64,000 nucleotides of DNA from Hemiscyllium ocellatum (taxonomy: Eukaryota). Position 1 is the first letter of the stretch. Each line of letters begins with the position of its first letter. The stretch spans positions 12,833,259 to 12,897,258 of the forward strand of contig NC_083409.1 in the NCBI RefSeq assembly GCF_020745735.1, in the 5' to 3' direction. Below the pieces are notes generated by a model, which was given only the letters and a program-made list of their open reading frames with translations, was not told where the DNA came from and made no database searches. This document shows positions 12,216 through 23,600 of the stretch, piece after piece. Both the position numbers and the translations under genes were made by a program.

Positions 12216-12264
12216 ATGATTTCACACATCCAGCTGATCTGGCCCCTGGCATTCTGTGTCGCAG
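12216..12264 (+). CDS. IGKV: Ig light-chain leader exon 1 (MISHIQLIWPLAFCVA-G)
   Basis: ATG in CACCATG context, hydrophobic 16-aa signal peptide, phase-1 donor GCAG|GTACAA; 186-nt intron ending cccctcag at 12450. Confidence 0.95.
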
Positions 12265-12450
12265 GTACAAATCTCTCTCCTTCCACCTTGAATCTTTAGC
12301 TGCTCTCCATTTCACTCCAATTCCACTGACTTGTGATTGAAGGGAAAATGCTGAAACCAGAGGAATGCTCAGTGTCTCCAACAATCTCTCATTTGACCGG
12401 CTCTTTCTGTGACAGTTCTGACTTCACTGTGTTTCTCTCTGACCCCTCAG

Positions 12451-12747
12451 GTATCAGTGGGGACATCACCATGACCCAGTCTCCCCCGGTGCTGTCAGTG
12501 GGACTGGGCCAGACCGCAACCATCACCTGTAAGGCCAGTCAAAGCATTAGCAGCTACCTTGCTTGGTACCAGCAGCAAGAAGGTCAGAAACCCTCTCTCC
12601 TGATCTACAATGCAGCAACTCGATTCACAGGAGTCTCCGAGAGATTCACCGGCAGTGGATCAGGGACCAGTTTCACCCTGACAATCAGCAACGTTCAGAA
12701 TGAGGATGTCGCTGACTATTACTGTCAGCAGTATAGCAGCGGGTCTT
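12451..12747 (+). CDS. IGKV: Leader 2 plus kappa-type (shark type III/NS4-like) V segment, intact: (G)[98 protein letters not shown]
   Basis: Canonical Cys-Trp-Cys, WYQQ and D-x-A-D-Y-Y-C motifs; open frame; followed directly by a consensus 12-spacer RSS. Confidence 0.97.
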
Positions 12748-12775
12748 CACAGTGACACAGAGCTGTACAAAAACC
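12748..12775 (+). other. Recombination signal sequence, 12-nt spacer (V side)
   Basis: CACAGTG (12748-12754) - ACACAGAGCTGT - ACAAAAACC (12767-12775); perfect heptamer and nonamer. Confidence 0.97.
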
Positions 12776-13211
12776 TCAACACGCACAACACCACCTCCTG
12801 GACTGACACATCGCACAGTTACATAAAATGTATAATAATGAACACACAGTCTCACTGCCTGAAGTGATATATCCAGTTAGATCTGAATGAAACTGATCAA
12901 ATTACCCAAAACTGGGATTTCCACTGTCCACGGCACACTCCAGTCCCTGTCGTGTCTCAACGCTCACTGAAGGCCTCTAGTTTCTCTCTTACACTCCATG
13001 GCCACATGTGAAGAGCAGCTGCAAGATTTAACATCGAAAAACAAATTTCACAAACCTCCCGAGCCCAGCTGGAAACAACCCAGAGAGACAGAGAGAGAAA
13101 GACACATGAATGAGGGAGAGACAGAGAGGGGCAGGGAGAGGGTGAGAGTGAGCGATAGACACACAGAGACAGAGAGAGGTTGACAGTGATAAGAGGAAAG
13201 CAGAGAGCTGA

Positions 13212-13250
13212 GGTTTTTGTACAGCCTCTGCACTGGGAGCTCTCACTGTG
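13212..13250 (-). other. Recombination signal sequence, 23-nt spacer (J side)
   Basis: GGTTTTTGT (13212-13220) - 23 nt - CACTGTG (13244-13250). Faces the V RSS, so joining is deletional and excises 12748-13250 (503 bp). Confidence 0.97.
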
Positions 13251-13285
13251 TCTTACGTTCGGTAAAGGAACCAAGCTCAGACTGA
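13251..13285 (+). CDS. IGKJ: Single J segment (LTFGKGTKLRL, phase-1 donor)
   Basis: FGxGT motif; CTG A|GTAAGT consensus donor at 13285/13286. Confidence 0.95.
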
Positions 13286-13659
13286 GTAAGTAAACCTCAA
13301 TCCTCTGTTACTAACCCTGTCAATACTGAAACACACTTTCTAAAATACAGTTGCTGATTTGTTGAAGGTGTTAGTGGGGAGCTGCAGTGAATGAAATGGT
13401 TGATTGAGGAGCACTGTGTCTAACAGGGTGTCCAGCTGTATTTCTTTACTTTCATGCCCTCTTTAAAAAAAGCAAGATATAAGTCAGTAAGTTTTACTCA
13501 CTGTGTGGAGGAGCTCTGTCCATTTACAGCCTGTGGTCCCATTCCTGCAGCATGGAGTGAAATCAGTGAGTAGCCTCCTGCCAGTCTCAGTGTGACGGAT
13601 ACGGGCAGAGTTTGATGTGAGCTCTGGCTCCCTGTCCCAGTCTCTGATCTCACTGACCT

Positions 13660-13695
<36 letters not shown>
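13660..13695 (+). repeat. (CAG)12 microsatellite at the 5' end of the J-C intron
   Basis: Directly read: 12 uninterrupted CAG units. Confidence 0.95.
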
Positions 13696-13697
<2 letters not shown>

Positions 13698-15244
13698 CAG
13701 TGAGACACCGAGCTCCCACCTCCCCCAGCTTTAACTCTGCTCAATCACACAATCACAGAATTGTTACAGTGCACAAGAAGGCCATTCCGTCCATCCTGTC
13801 TGGACTAGCTCTCCGAATGAGCAATTGACTGAGTGTCATTCTCCTGCCTTCTCCCTGTCACCCTGCACATTGTTCCTTTTCAGATAACAGTCTCATTCCC
13901 TTCGGAATGTTTTAATTGAAGCTGCCTCCACCACACTCTCAGGCAGTGCATTCCACACCTTAACCACCCACTGGCTGAAAATGTTTTCCCTCATCTCACT
14001 TTTCTTACTTTTCCAATTACTTTCAATCTGTGGCCTCACAGTCTCAATCCTTTCACAAGTGGAATCATTTTCTCCCAATTTACTCTGTTCCAGGCCCCTC
14101 CTGATTTTGAATTTCTGGAACAATTCTCCTCGCTGCCTTCTCCAAAGACTTGGAGGTGCCGGTGTTGGACTGGGGTGGACAAAGTTAAAAATCACACAAC
14201 ACCAGGTTATAGTCCAACAGGGGGTTTATTTGGAAGCACCAGCTTTCGGAGCATCCCTCCTTCATCAAATGATTGTCAGCGGCGCACCAAAAGCTAGTGC
14301 TTCCACATCAACCTGTTGGACTATAACCTGATGTTGTGTGATCTGTAACTTTCTCCAAAGAAGACAGTCCCAGATTCTCCAATCTATCTTCAGAACTGAT
14401 ATTCCTCATCCCTGGAATGATCTTTGTGCATATGTTTACCAGCTCTACAAAACATTCACCTCCTTCCTGCATTATTCACATTATTTATGTCCCTCATGAT
14501 TTTATAAACCTCTGTAAGGTCACTCCTCAGCCTCCGGCACTTCAGGGTAAAAGATCTCAGCTCTTCCAGCCACTAATGTTCACAGAGTCAGACAGCGTGG
14601 AAACAGATCTTTCAGTCTAACTCCTCCATGCTAACTAGATATCCAAAACTGACCTCATCCCATTTGCCAGCATTTAGCCCACATCCCTCTAAACCCTTCC
14701 TATTCATGTACCCATCCAAACATCTTTTAAATGTTATAATTGTATCCGTCTCCAGCACTTTCTCTGACAGCTCGATCTGGACACGCACCACCCTCTGTGT
14801 GACAAGTTACCCCTTAGGTCCCTTTTGGATCTTTTGCCTCTCATCTTAAACCTATACCCTCTAGTTTTACATTCCCTTTCCCAAGGCAAAGACCTGGGAT
14901 ATACACCCTGTCCATGCCTGTCAAGATTTTATAAACATCTATAAGGCCACCCCTCAGTCTCCGATCCTGCAGGAAAAATAACCTCTTCCGACAGTTCAAA
15001 CCCTCCAGTTCCAGGCAACATCCATGTAAATCTTTTCTGCAGAATTTTAAGTTTAACAGCATCCTTCCTATCACAGGATGATCAGAATTGTCCACGTTAT
15101 TCCCAAAATAGCCTCACCAATTTCCTGTACAGCTGTTAATGATGTCCCAACTCTGATACTTAGTGCAGTGACCAATAAAGGCAAGTGTACCCAACACCTT
15201 CTTCATCTCCCTGTCTCCCTGTGACTTCACTGTCAAGGAATAAT

Positions 15245-15349
15245 GCCCCTGCCCCTGCCCCTGCCCCTGCCCCTGCCCCTGCTCCTGCCCCTGCCCCTGC
15301 CCCTGCCCCTGCCCCTGCACCCTGCACTTGCCCCTGCCCCTGCACCCTG
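15245..15349. repeat. (GCCCCT)n hexamer expansion inside a CR1 fragment
   Basis: About 17 slightly imperfect units; source of the QGQG / AGAG ORF artefacts. Confidence 0.92.
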
Positions 15350-15532
15350 AGGTCACTTTGTTGAGCAACACCCCACAGGGCCCCACCATTAACAGTATAA
15401 CTCCTGCCCTGGTTTGACTTTCCAAAATGCAACATCTCACATTTATCTAAATTGAACTCCATTTGTCACACGTTTAGATCAGAGTGGTGCTGGAAAAGCA
15501 CAGCAGGTCAGGCAACATCCAAGGAGCAGGAA

Positions 15533-15568
15533 AATCGATGTTTCGGGCAAAAGCCCTTCATCAGTATT
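15533..15568 (-). ncRNA. Minimal hammerhead-ribozyme-like motif in a Penelope-type terminal repeat
   Basis: Minus strand reads CUGAUGA-A-GGGC-UUUU-GCCC-GAAAC-AUC-GAUU. Confidence 0.5.
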
Positions 15569-18500
15569 CCTCTAGCCGAAAAGTCGATTTTTCTGCTCCT
15601 CGGATGCTGCCTGACATGCTGTGCTTTTCCAGCACCAGTCTGATCTAAACTCTGGTTTCCAGCATCTGCAGTCTGCACTTTTGTCCATTTGCCACACCTC
15701 TGCCCATTTCCCCAAATGATCAAGGTCCCACTGTACTCTCAGATAAGCTTCTTCACTATCCACTGTACCACCAATTTTGGTGTCATTTACAAACTCGCCA
15801 TAATTCCTATATTCACATCCAAATCATTTATTTAAATGATAAAAAGCCAAGGGCCCAGTCCTTGTGGCACACAGCTGACATCTGATCTCCAGTCTGAAAA
15901 GCAACCACTTACCACCACTCTCTGTCTCCTATCTTGAAGTCATTTTTTTTTTACCCAAATGGCTAGCTCCCCCTGGATCCCATGTGGCCTAATCTTACTA
16001 ATCAGTCTATCATGTGGAACCTTGTCAAATGCTTTGCTGAAGTCTATATAGACAGTGTGTACTGTTTTGCCTACATCAATCTTCTCTTCAAACAATCTCA
16101 ATCACGTTAGTCAGACATGATTACCATGCACAAAACTGCATTGTTTGTCCAAATGCATGTAAATCCTGTCCCTCAGAACTCACTCCAATAACTTACCCAG
16201 CAATGACTTCAGGCTCACTGGATTAGATTTCCCTGGCTTTTCCTTACAGCCTTTCTTAAATAATGGCTAACATTAGCCAACCTCTCTGGTTCTCCAGAAC
16301 CTCACTCATGGCTGTCAATCAGAAACATACCTCAGCAAGGGATCCAGCCATCTCTTTCCTAGCTTTCCACAATGTCCTGGGATACACCTGATCAGGTCCT
16401 GGAGATTTATCTACCGTCTTGCACTTTAAGAAATCTTCTTCTATAATGTGGACTTGTGTCAAGACATTACTATTTATTTCCCAAGTTCCCAAATTTCCAT
16501 GTCTTTCTCCATGATAAATACTGACCTGGAATATTCATTTAAGACCTAAACCATTTCCTGTGGATCCACCCAGAGGTACATTGTTCATCTTCATGGGGCC
16601 CTATTCTCTCTCTAGTTACTCTTTTGCCCTTTTCTTATTTACCATAATTCTACCACTTTTGCCCTTGAGTAAGTTCAGGAATTGTTTGCCCTCCTTCAAA
16701 TGTATCTCGACTATACCTGGTCCACATCCTCTACTATTCTTTTCAGGACTTTCCTGCCAACCTTTGATCCAACTTTATTCAGATCTGAGACATCCATATC
16801 TTATAGAAGCTGGCATTTTCCCCAGTGAAGATGTTTTACCCTGAAAAGGCCTTTGTTCTTTTCTACCGTCACCCTCAACTTTGTGATACAATGATCACTC
16901 TTCCTTAAGTGTCCTCTCACTGACACGTGATCCACTTGGGCCTCCTCATTCCCAAGATCCAGATCTAGCAGAGCCTCCTTTCTCATTGGACTGGAGACAT
17001 GCAGCTGGAGAAAATTCACATGAACACACTCTCACGACTCTGGCCCCTCTGTCCTTCACACTGCTACTACCCCAGTCTATATTCAGAAATTAAAGAAATT
17101 CCACCCCCCCCCCCAACCCCATTTGTAATGACTATTATATTTGCAGGTCACTGTAAATTCCTTGCAAATGTATTCCTCTAAATCCTTCCCATTGGGTGGT
17201 GACTTATTGACTGCACTGATGATTCTGTGGACCTTGGTGTTCCTCTCTGACAGTCCCTCCTGACTCCCACAGCTCTGCCAAGTTAGTTTAAACCCTCTCC
17301 AACAGCACGAGTAGATCACCTCAATGGAGCTCAGTGCCAGCTCTGTTCAGGAGCAACGCTGTCTGGTCTATCCAGGTCCCATTACCCCAGACCCAGTCCC
17401 GATGTCACAAGAATCTAAAACCCTCCCTCCTGGATCCTCTTCCCAGCCCCACAGTCACTTGTGTTATCCTCCTGCTCCTCTTGTCACTTGCCTGGGGCAC
17501 TGGGAGTAACCTGAAGATTCCTACTTTTGAGTTCCTGATGTTATTTCCCTTCTGAGCTCCCTAAATTCTGACTGCAGGACTACATCCCTTTTCTCCCTCT
17601 GTCACTGGGACCGATGTGGACCACGACTGCTGCCTATTCCCCCTCTCCCCTCAGGGTGCTCTGCAGTCGCTCAGTGACATCCTTGACGCTGGCACCAGGG
17701 AGACAACACACCATCCTGGATTCCCATCTGCAGCTGCAGAAACACCTATCGATGCCCTCAGTCTCAAATCTCCTTTTACGATCACTCTTCCAGTCTTGCT
17801 AATACCACCCCACCACCCCACCACCCCTCACCTCCCCTCCCCCCCCCACCACCGCCCCGGCAACCCCCCATTATAGCTGAGTCACCAGTGATGCCAGGGA
17901 CTTGGCTCTGGCTGCACTCCCCAGATGAACCATCATTCTCATCAGGATTCTGAACTGTATCCTGGTTGGAGAGTAGGATGCCTGGGGACTCCTATACTAG
18001 CTGCCTGATCCTTTTGGACTGTCTGCTGCTCCCCCATTCCCTCTCTCCCTGCATACTCTGAGGCTGCAGAGTTACCACATCTAGAAACGTGCTCTCCACG
18101 GAGCTCTCAGCCTCAGAGACGCTCTGCACTGACACCAGCTGCTGCTCAAGCTCCAAAACCCAGAGCTCTAACTGCTGTCACAGACTTCACTTCCTGTACT
18201 CATGGTATTCCAGGAGCTGGGAAACATTCTGAAATTCCCACATGGATGCACACTCTCTCCACTCTTTGTTTGTCTCTTGGCAAAGTTCTGATGACAAACA
18301 GCTCCAGCAGGGCTCACAGTCCAGTGGGTTCAGTGTTCCAGGGTTTTGGGGAAACTCTCCAGAAGTCTTTAAGAAATAGGAGCAGAAATCAGCCATTCAG
18401 CCCATTGAATCTGCTCTGCCATTTGATCTTGGCAGATATGCTTCTCACCCCCATTCTCCTGCCTATTCCACAGGAACGTTCGATCCCCTTCACAATCACG

Positions 18501-21500
18501 AACCTATCTATCTCTGTCTTAAATACACTTAGTGACTTGGCCTCCCCTGCCCTCTGTAACAATGAGATCCACAGATTCACCACCTTCTGGCTGAAGAAAT
18601 TCCTCCTCACCTCAGCTCAAAAGGGTCGGCCCTTCATTCTGAGGCTGTGCCTTGGTTCCCGAGTCTGTCCTGCATCCACTCTATCCAGGCCGATCAGTAT
18701 TCTGCAAATTTCAATCAGATCCCTCCTCATTCTTCTAAACTCCATCGAGTACAGACACAGTGTCCTCAACCACGCCTCATATGACAAGCCTTTCATCCCC
18801 AGGATCATTCTTGTAAACCCCTCCAATGCCAGCACATTGTTTCTTAGAATATGGGTCCCAAATCTGCTCACAATATTCAAAATGTGGTCTGACCAGTGCC
18901 TTACACAGCCTCAGCAGTACATCTCTGCTCTTGTATTCTGGCCCGATTGAAATGGATGCGAACATTTCATTTGCCTTCCCAAGCACAAACTGGACCTGCC
19001 TGTTAAACTGAAGGGAAACCTGAATGAGGTTTATGCTTTAGATTTCCAAAAGCTTTCCTTATTTAGCAAACAGTCTTTGCATCTCTTCTTCCTCCCAAAG
19101 TGCATACCCTCACACTGTCACACATTGTATCCTGTCTGCCACTTCTTTGCCCACTCTCCGAGCCTATCCAGGAGCTTTTACAGCCTTCCCACTTCCTCAA
19201 CACTACCTGTCCCTCCACCTATCTCATGTCACGTGCAAACTTAGCAACAATGTCTTCACTTCCTTCATCCAGATTGTTAATGTATAACGTGAATAGTTAT
19301 GGCCATAACATTGACAACTGCAGAACTCTACTAGTCACCAGCGGCCATTGTTCCTCATGCTCTGCTTTATGCCAACCTGCCAGTCTTCAATCCATGCCAC
19401 TACATTGCCACTAATACTGTGGGCGCTTATCTTATGTCAAATGCCTTGTGGAAATCCAAAGAGATTACTTCCTCGGACTCTCCTTTGTCTGACTGGCTCA
19501 TTGCCTCCTCAAAGAATTCTAACAGATTTGCCAGGCATGACGTCTCCTTGATGAAGCCATTGCACTTCCAATCCTCTGCAATTTCATCCTTAAATTGAAG
19601 TCTAAAACTTTACCAACAACTGAGTCCTGGCGAACTGGCCTACAATGTCCCACCTTCTACCTCCCTCCCTTCTGAAACAGGGGTGGTATGTGAGCCATTT
19701 TCCTGTCCCTTGCCCCCACCAAATCCGTCCCCATCTCACCTCCATACCCTGACTCCATTGATTACTGAAAGATCATCACCAATGCCTCCACAATCTCCTC
19801 AGTGATCTCCTTCAGAACACATGGGTGTAGTTCATCCAGTCTGGGTGCGTTATCCATATTCAGACCTTTCAGCTTCCCCAGTACCTCCTCCTTAGCGATG
19901 GCCACTGCACTCCCCTCCGACCCCTGACAGTCTTGAATTACTGGGACACTGCTGGTGTTTTCCATGGTGCAGACTGAGGCAAAATATCTATTCAATTCCT
20001 CTGCTATTCCTTCATTTCCTGTTATTCTTTCTCCAGCCTCATTTTCCAGTGATCCATAGTCTATTTTTGACTCCCTCTTCCTTTTTATACACCTGATAAA
20101 ACTCCTGCAATCTTCTTTTATATTACTGGCTAGATAACTCCCACATTTCACATTCTCCACCCTTAATGCTTTTTCAGTTATCCCCTGCAGGTTTTTAAAG
20201 GCTTCCTAATCCTCGGGCTTCCCACTATTCTCCACCACATTGAGTTACCTTTACTCAACTGAAATACTGTTCAATCTGATTGCAGCTTCTCCCTCTCAAA
20301 CTACAGGGGGAATTCTATCGTATTATGGTCACTTATCCACAGGGATACTTTCACCTTAAACTCACTAATCAAGTTTGCCTCAATACACATCACTGAATCC
20401 AGACCTGCCAGTTCCATAATGGCTCAACCACAAGCTGCTCCAAAATCATCGACATTCCATGAAATCCTTTCCTTGAGATACACTACCCAGCCCACCTATC
20501 CATTGAAGTCTGCCCTGACATTTTCTGTCTCCTAATTGATTTCCTTCCCCACACCCTGGTCACTGCTTGGAGACCTGGACATAACTTGCATCAGATTCTT
20601 TATTTATTGCAGTTCCTCAGCTCTACCCACACAGATTCTACACCTTCTAACTCTACATCACTTCTTGCTATTGATTTAATTTCATTTCTCACTAACAAGA
20701 CAACTCTTCCCCCTCTGCCCATCTGCCTGTCCTTTTGATAGGACATGCATCCTTGAATATTTAGTTCCCAGCCCGAATTCCCTTTCAGCCATGTCTCTGT
20801 GATATCCACAACATTGTACCTGCCAGTTTCAATCTGCACTACAAGCCCATTGTGTATATTGTGTGCATTTAAGTACAACACCCTCAGTCCTGCATTGATT
20901 GCCCTCCTTCCCATCATTGTCCCCTTATCTGCTGTGCTTTATGTTCGATTCCTGATCCTTTCTGTACTCTCTGTCCTTTTACATCTTCTAGAAACTTGAA
21001 TAACCTTTCCTGAGCCCTCCTCAACTTTAGTTTAAATTCCTTGGAAACTCAATTTACCTGGATTTGTGACATCACTTTGTCAACCTTACTCAGAATGCTT
21101 TGTGCATTTAGATACAAACTCTTTAAGTTTGTTCTATTGTTGATTTTCCCTGCACTTTTATGATCCCTTTGATATTCAAAAATTCCATCCCTTCCTTTTA
21201 TTTTTTGGTAACAATCAATCCCATCACTAACCGGCAATCCTACCATCTCCTTTACCTTCCATTTTCTCATTTTCCATCCAACTGAACCAAATTCCTTTCT
21301 CTTTGGGTTGAGTTCAGGACAATATTTATCGTTGAGCCAACATCATTATTGGTCTTTGATCTCATTGCTTCGAGTGGGATCTTGCTGTGCAGAAACTGGC
21401 TGCCACGTTACTGACATTGCAACAGTGATTGCTTGTCAAACAAAACTGTCTGTAAATGTCTTTGGGAGAGCCTGATGTGTTAAGGGCTGGATTGAAATAC

Positions 21501-23261
21501 AATTAGAGTCAGAGGGATGGACAGCACAGAATCAGACCCTTTGGTCCAACTCGTCCATGCTGACCAGATATCCGAAATTAATCTAGTCCCACTTGCCAGC
21601 ATTTGGCCCATATCCCTCTAACATCTTTCTATTTACATACCCATGTCTTTTAAATGTTGTAATTGTCCCAGCCTTCACCACCTCCTCTGGCAGCTCATTC
21701 CATACATTTAACTCCCTCTGATTGAAAACGTCCCTTAGGTCCCTTTTAAATCTTTCCCCTGTCACCTTCAGCCTATGCCGTCCAGTTCTGGACTCCCCAG
21801 CTCTGGAGAAAAAATCTTCTCTATTCACCTTATCTATGCCGCTCATGATTTTATAAACCTCTATACGGTCACCCATCAACATGCAATGATCCAGGGAAAA
21901 CAGCCTCAGCCTATTCAGTCTCTCCTTTTCATGCAAACCCTCCAACCTTGGCAACATCCTTGTAAATCATTTTAAGATTCGCAACATTTTTCCTACAGCA
22001 AGGAGAACTGAATTGCACACAGTAATCCAAAAGTGCCCTAACCAATGTCCTGTACAGCCGCAACAGCTCCCAACTCCAATACCTAATGCACTGACAAATA
22101 AAGGAAAGCAAACCAAATAACTTTGTCACTTCCCTATGTACCTGCAACTTCATCTTCAAGGAACTATTCTTCATTTTTTGGAATAACTGAGAGTCTTTCA
22201 GTTGTGAAAGATGCCATTCCATGGCACTATTGGATGAAGAGCAGGCAGTTCCCCCTGGTGTCCCTGGTCAATATTTATCCCCCAGTCAAAATCACTCAGA
22301 ATGTATTTCTCTGCTAATTATCACATGGTGTTTGGGATCTCGCTGTGCACAGTCTGCTGGAAAGATCCAGTGGGACACCCTGAGTTGGGGACAGGTGCTA
22401 CACAAGTGCAAGTCTTTCTTGAAGGTTGGAGTCTCCTGATCAGGATCCTCATCCATTGTCTGCGCACTCTCACCTTCCAGGAGTCATGGGGTCATTAGGA
22501 GCAGTGACCCTGTCTGACCCTAGGACACTGAGACTCTTTGCAGCCTCACCCTTGACCTCAGCCCAATAGTGTGCAGCAAGGTTTGAAATATAATCTAGAA
22601 TCTTCTACACAGACACCCCAACGTGATTCTTTCCTGACGTGTGTGGATCCGAGTCTTCTCCAATGTTCTTGGATAAAGTTCTCCTGATCTGTGGGTAATC
22701 GGAGGTTTGTTAAAGAGATACCACGCTCCATCCCACTTTCCAGCTCTTGCTCCATAGCTCTGGAAGTTTTGCTGTTTCAAGTGAACATCTAAGTGTTTTT
22801 TCAATGTGATGAGGGTTTCTGCCTCTCCCACCCTTTCAGACAGTGAGTCCCACATCCCACCAAGTTCTGGGTGAAAACAAAGACCCTCAACCCCCCTCTA
22901 ATCCTGCCCCAACTGATTTCAATCTCTCCCCATGGTTATTGCCCTCTGTGCTGGTGGAAATCAGTCCTTCCTACCCACTCTGTCCAGGCCCCTCATCATT
23001 TTACACACCACCATCAAATCTCCCCTCAGCCTCCTGTGTTCCAAAGAAAACAGTCCCAGCCAAATCCAATCATTCCGCAAAGCTCAAAGTCCCCATTCCA
23101 GACAAACTCCTCCTCTGTCCCCATCTCTAATGGAATCACATCCTTCCTGTATGTGGTGACCAGAACCGTACACAGTTCTCTCACTGTGCTCTAACTGGGG
23201 TTTTATACAGTTCCAGAATAAACAAACACCTTGCTTTCACAGTCAACCAAAAATGAGATAA

Positions 23262-23600
23262 GGGAGGTGATGGTCTAATGGTGTTATTGCTGAGCTGTTA
23301 ATCCAGAGATCCAGATAATGTTCTGGGGACCAGGGTTAGAATCCAGCAGATGGTGGCATTCAAATTCATTCAAAACAACATCTGCAATTAAGAGACTAAT
23401 GATGACCATGAAACCATCGTTGATTGTCAGGAAAAAGCATCTGATTCCCTTATGTCCTTTAGGGAAGAAAACTGCCATCCTTACCATCTGACCCCAGACC
23501 CACAGCAATGTGGGTGACTCTAAACTGTCCTTTGGGTGATTAGGGATGGGCAATAAATGCTGCCGATCCAGCAATGCCCTCATTCCATCAAGGGAAAAAG
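23262..23600 (+). mobile_element. tRNA-headed Deu-domain SINE (SacSINE1-like)
   Basis: Central segment GATGACCATGAAACC..ATGTCCTTTAGGGAAGAAAACTGCCATCCTTACC..CCAGACCCACAGCAATGTG recalled as the Deu domain; L2-type tail GGGCAATAAATGCTG. Family name is from memory, not a database search. Confidence 0.6.

Larger units (their letters stand above)
9881..12294. repeat. Right outer arm of the large inverted duplication (partner 1-2041)
   Basis: Reverse-complement colinearity with 1-2041. Longer because of an expanded GA tract and extra LINE/SINE pieces at ~11040-11390. Confidence 0.93.
14345..22170 (-). mobile_element. Stack of degenerate CR1-type LINE fragments (RT, endonuclease, ORF1-like and 3' UTR pieces) filling the J-C intron
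   Basis: Minus-strand fragments such as GLRVLYLNAHN..ITETWL (20600-20917), VRPHFEYCEQIW (18777-18986), RRMRRDLIE, MEFNLDKCEMLHFGKSN (15160-15462), LNVWNELPEEVV (21583-21957). Several separate insertions; boundaries approximate. Confidence 0.82.

Noticed and set aside
12333-12755. ORF-track start MIEGKMLK... for the V protein
   Set aside because: The first ~39 codons are intron read-through; the real N-terminus comes from the leader exon at 12216.
13412-13702. Extra heptamers after J (CACTGTG 13412 and 13499; CACAGTG 13696) suggesting more J segments or RSSs
   Set aside because: No nonamer at 12 or 23 nt and no FGxG frame; the cluster has one J.
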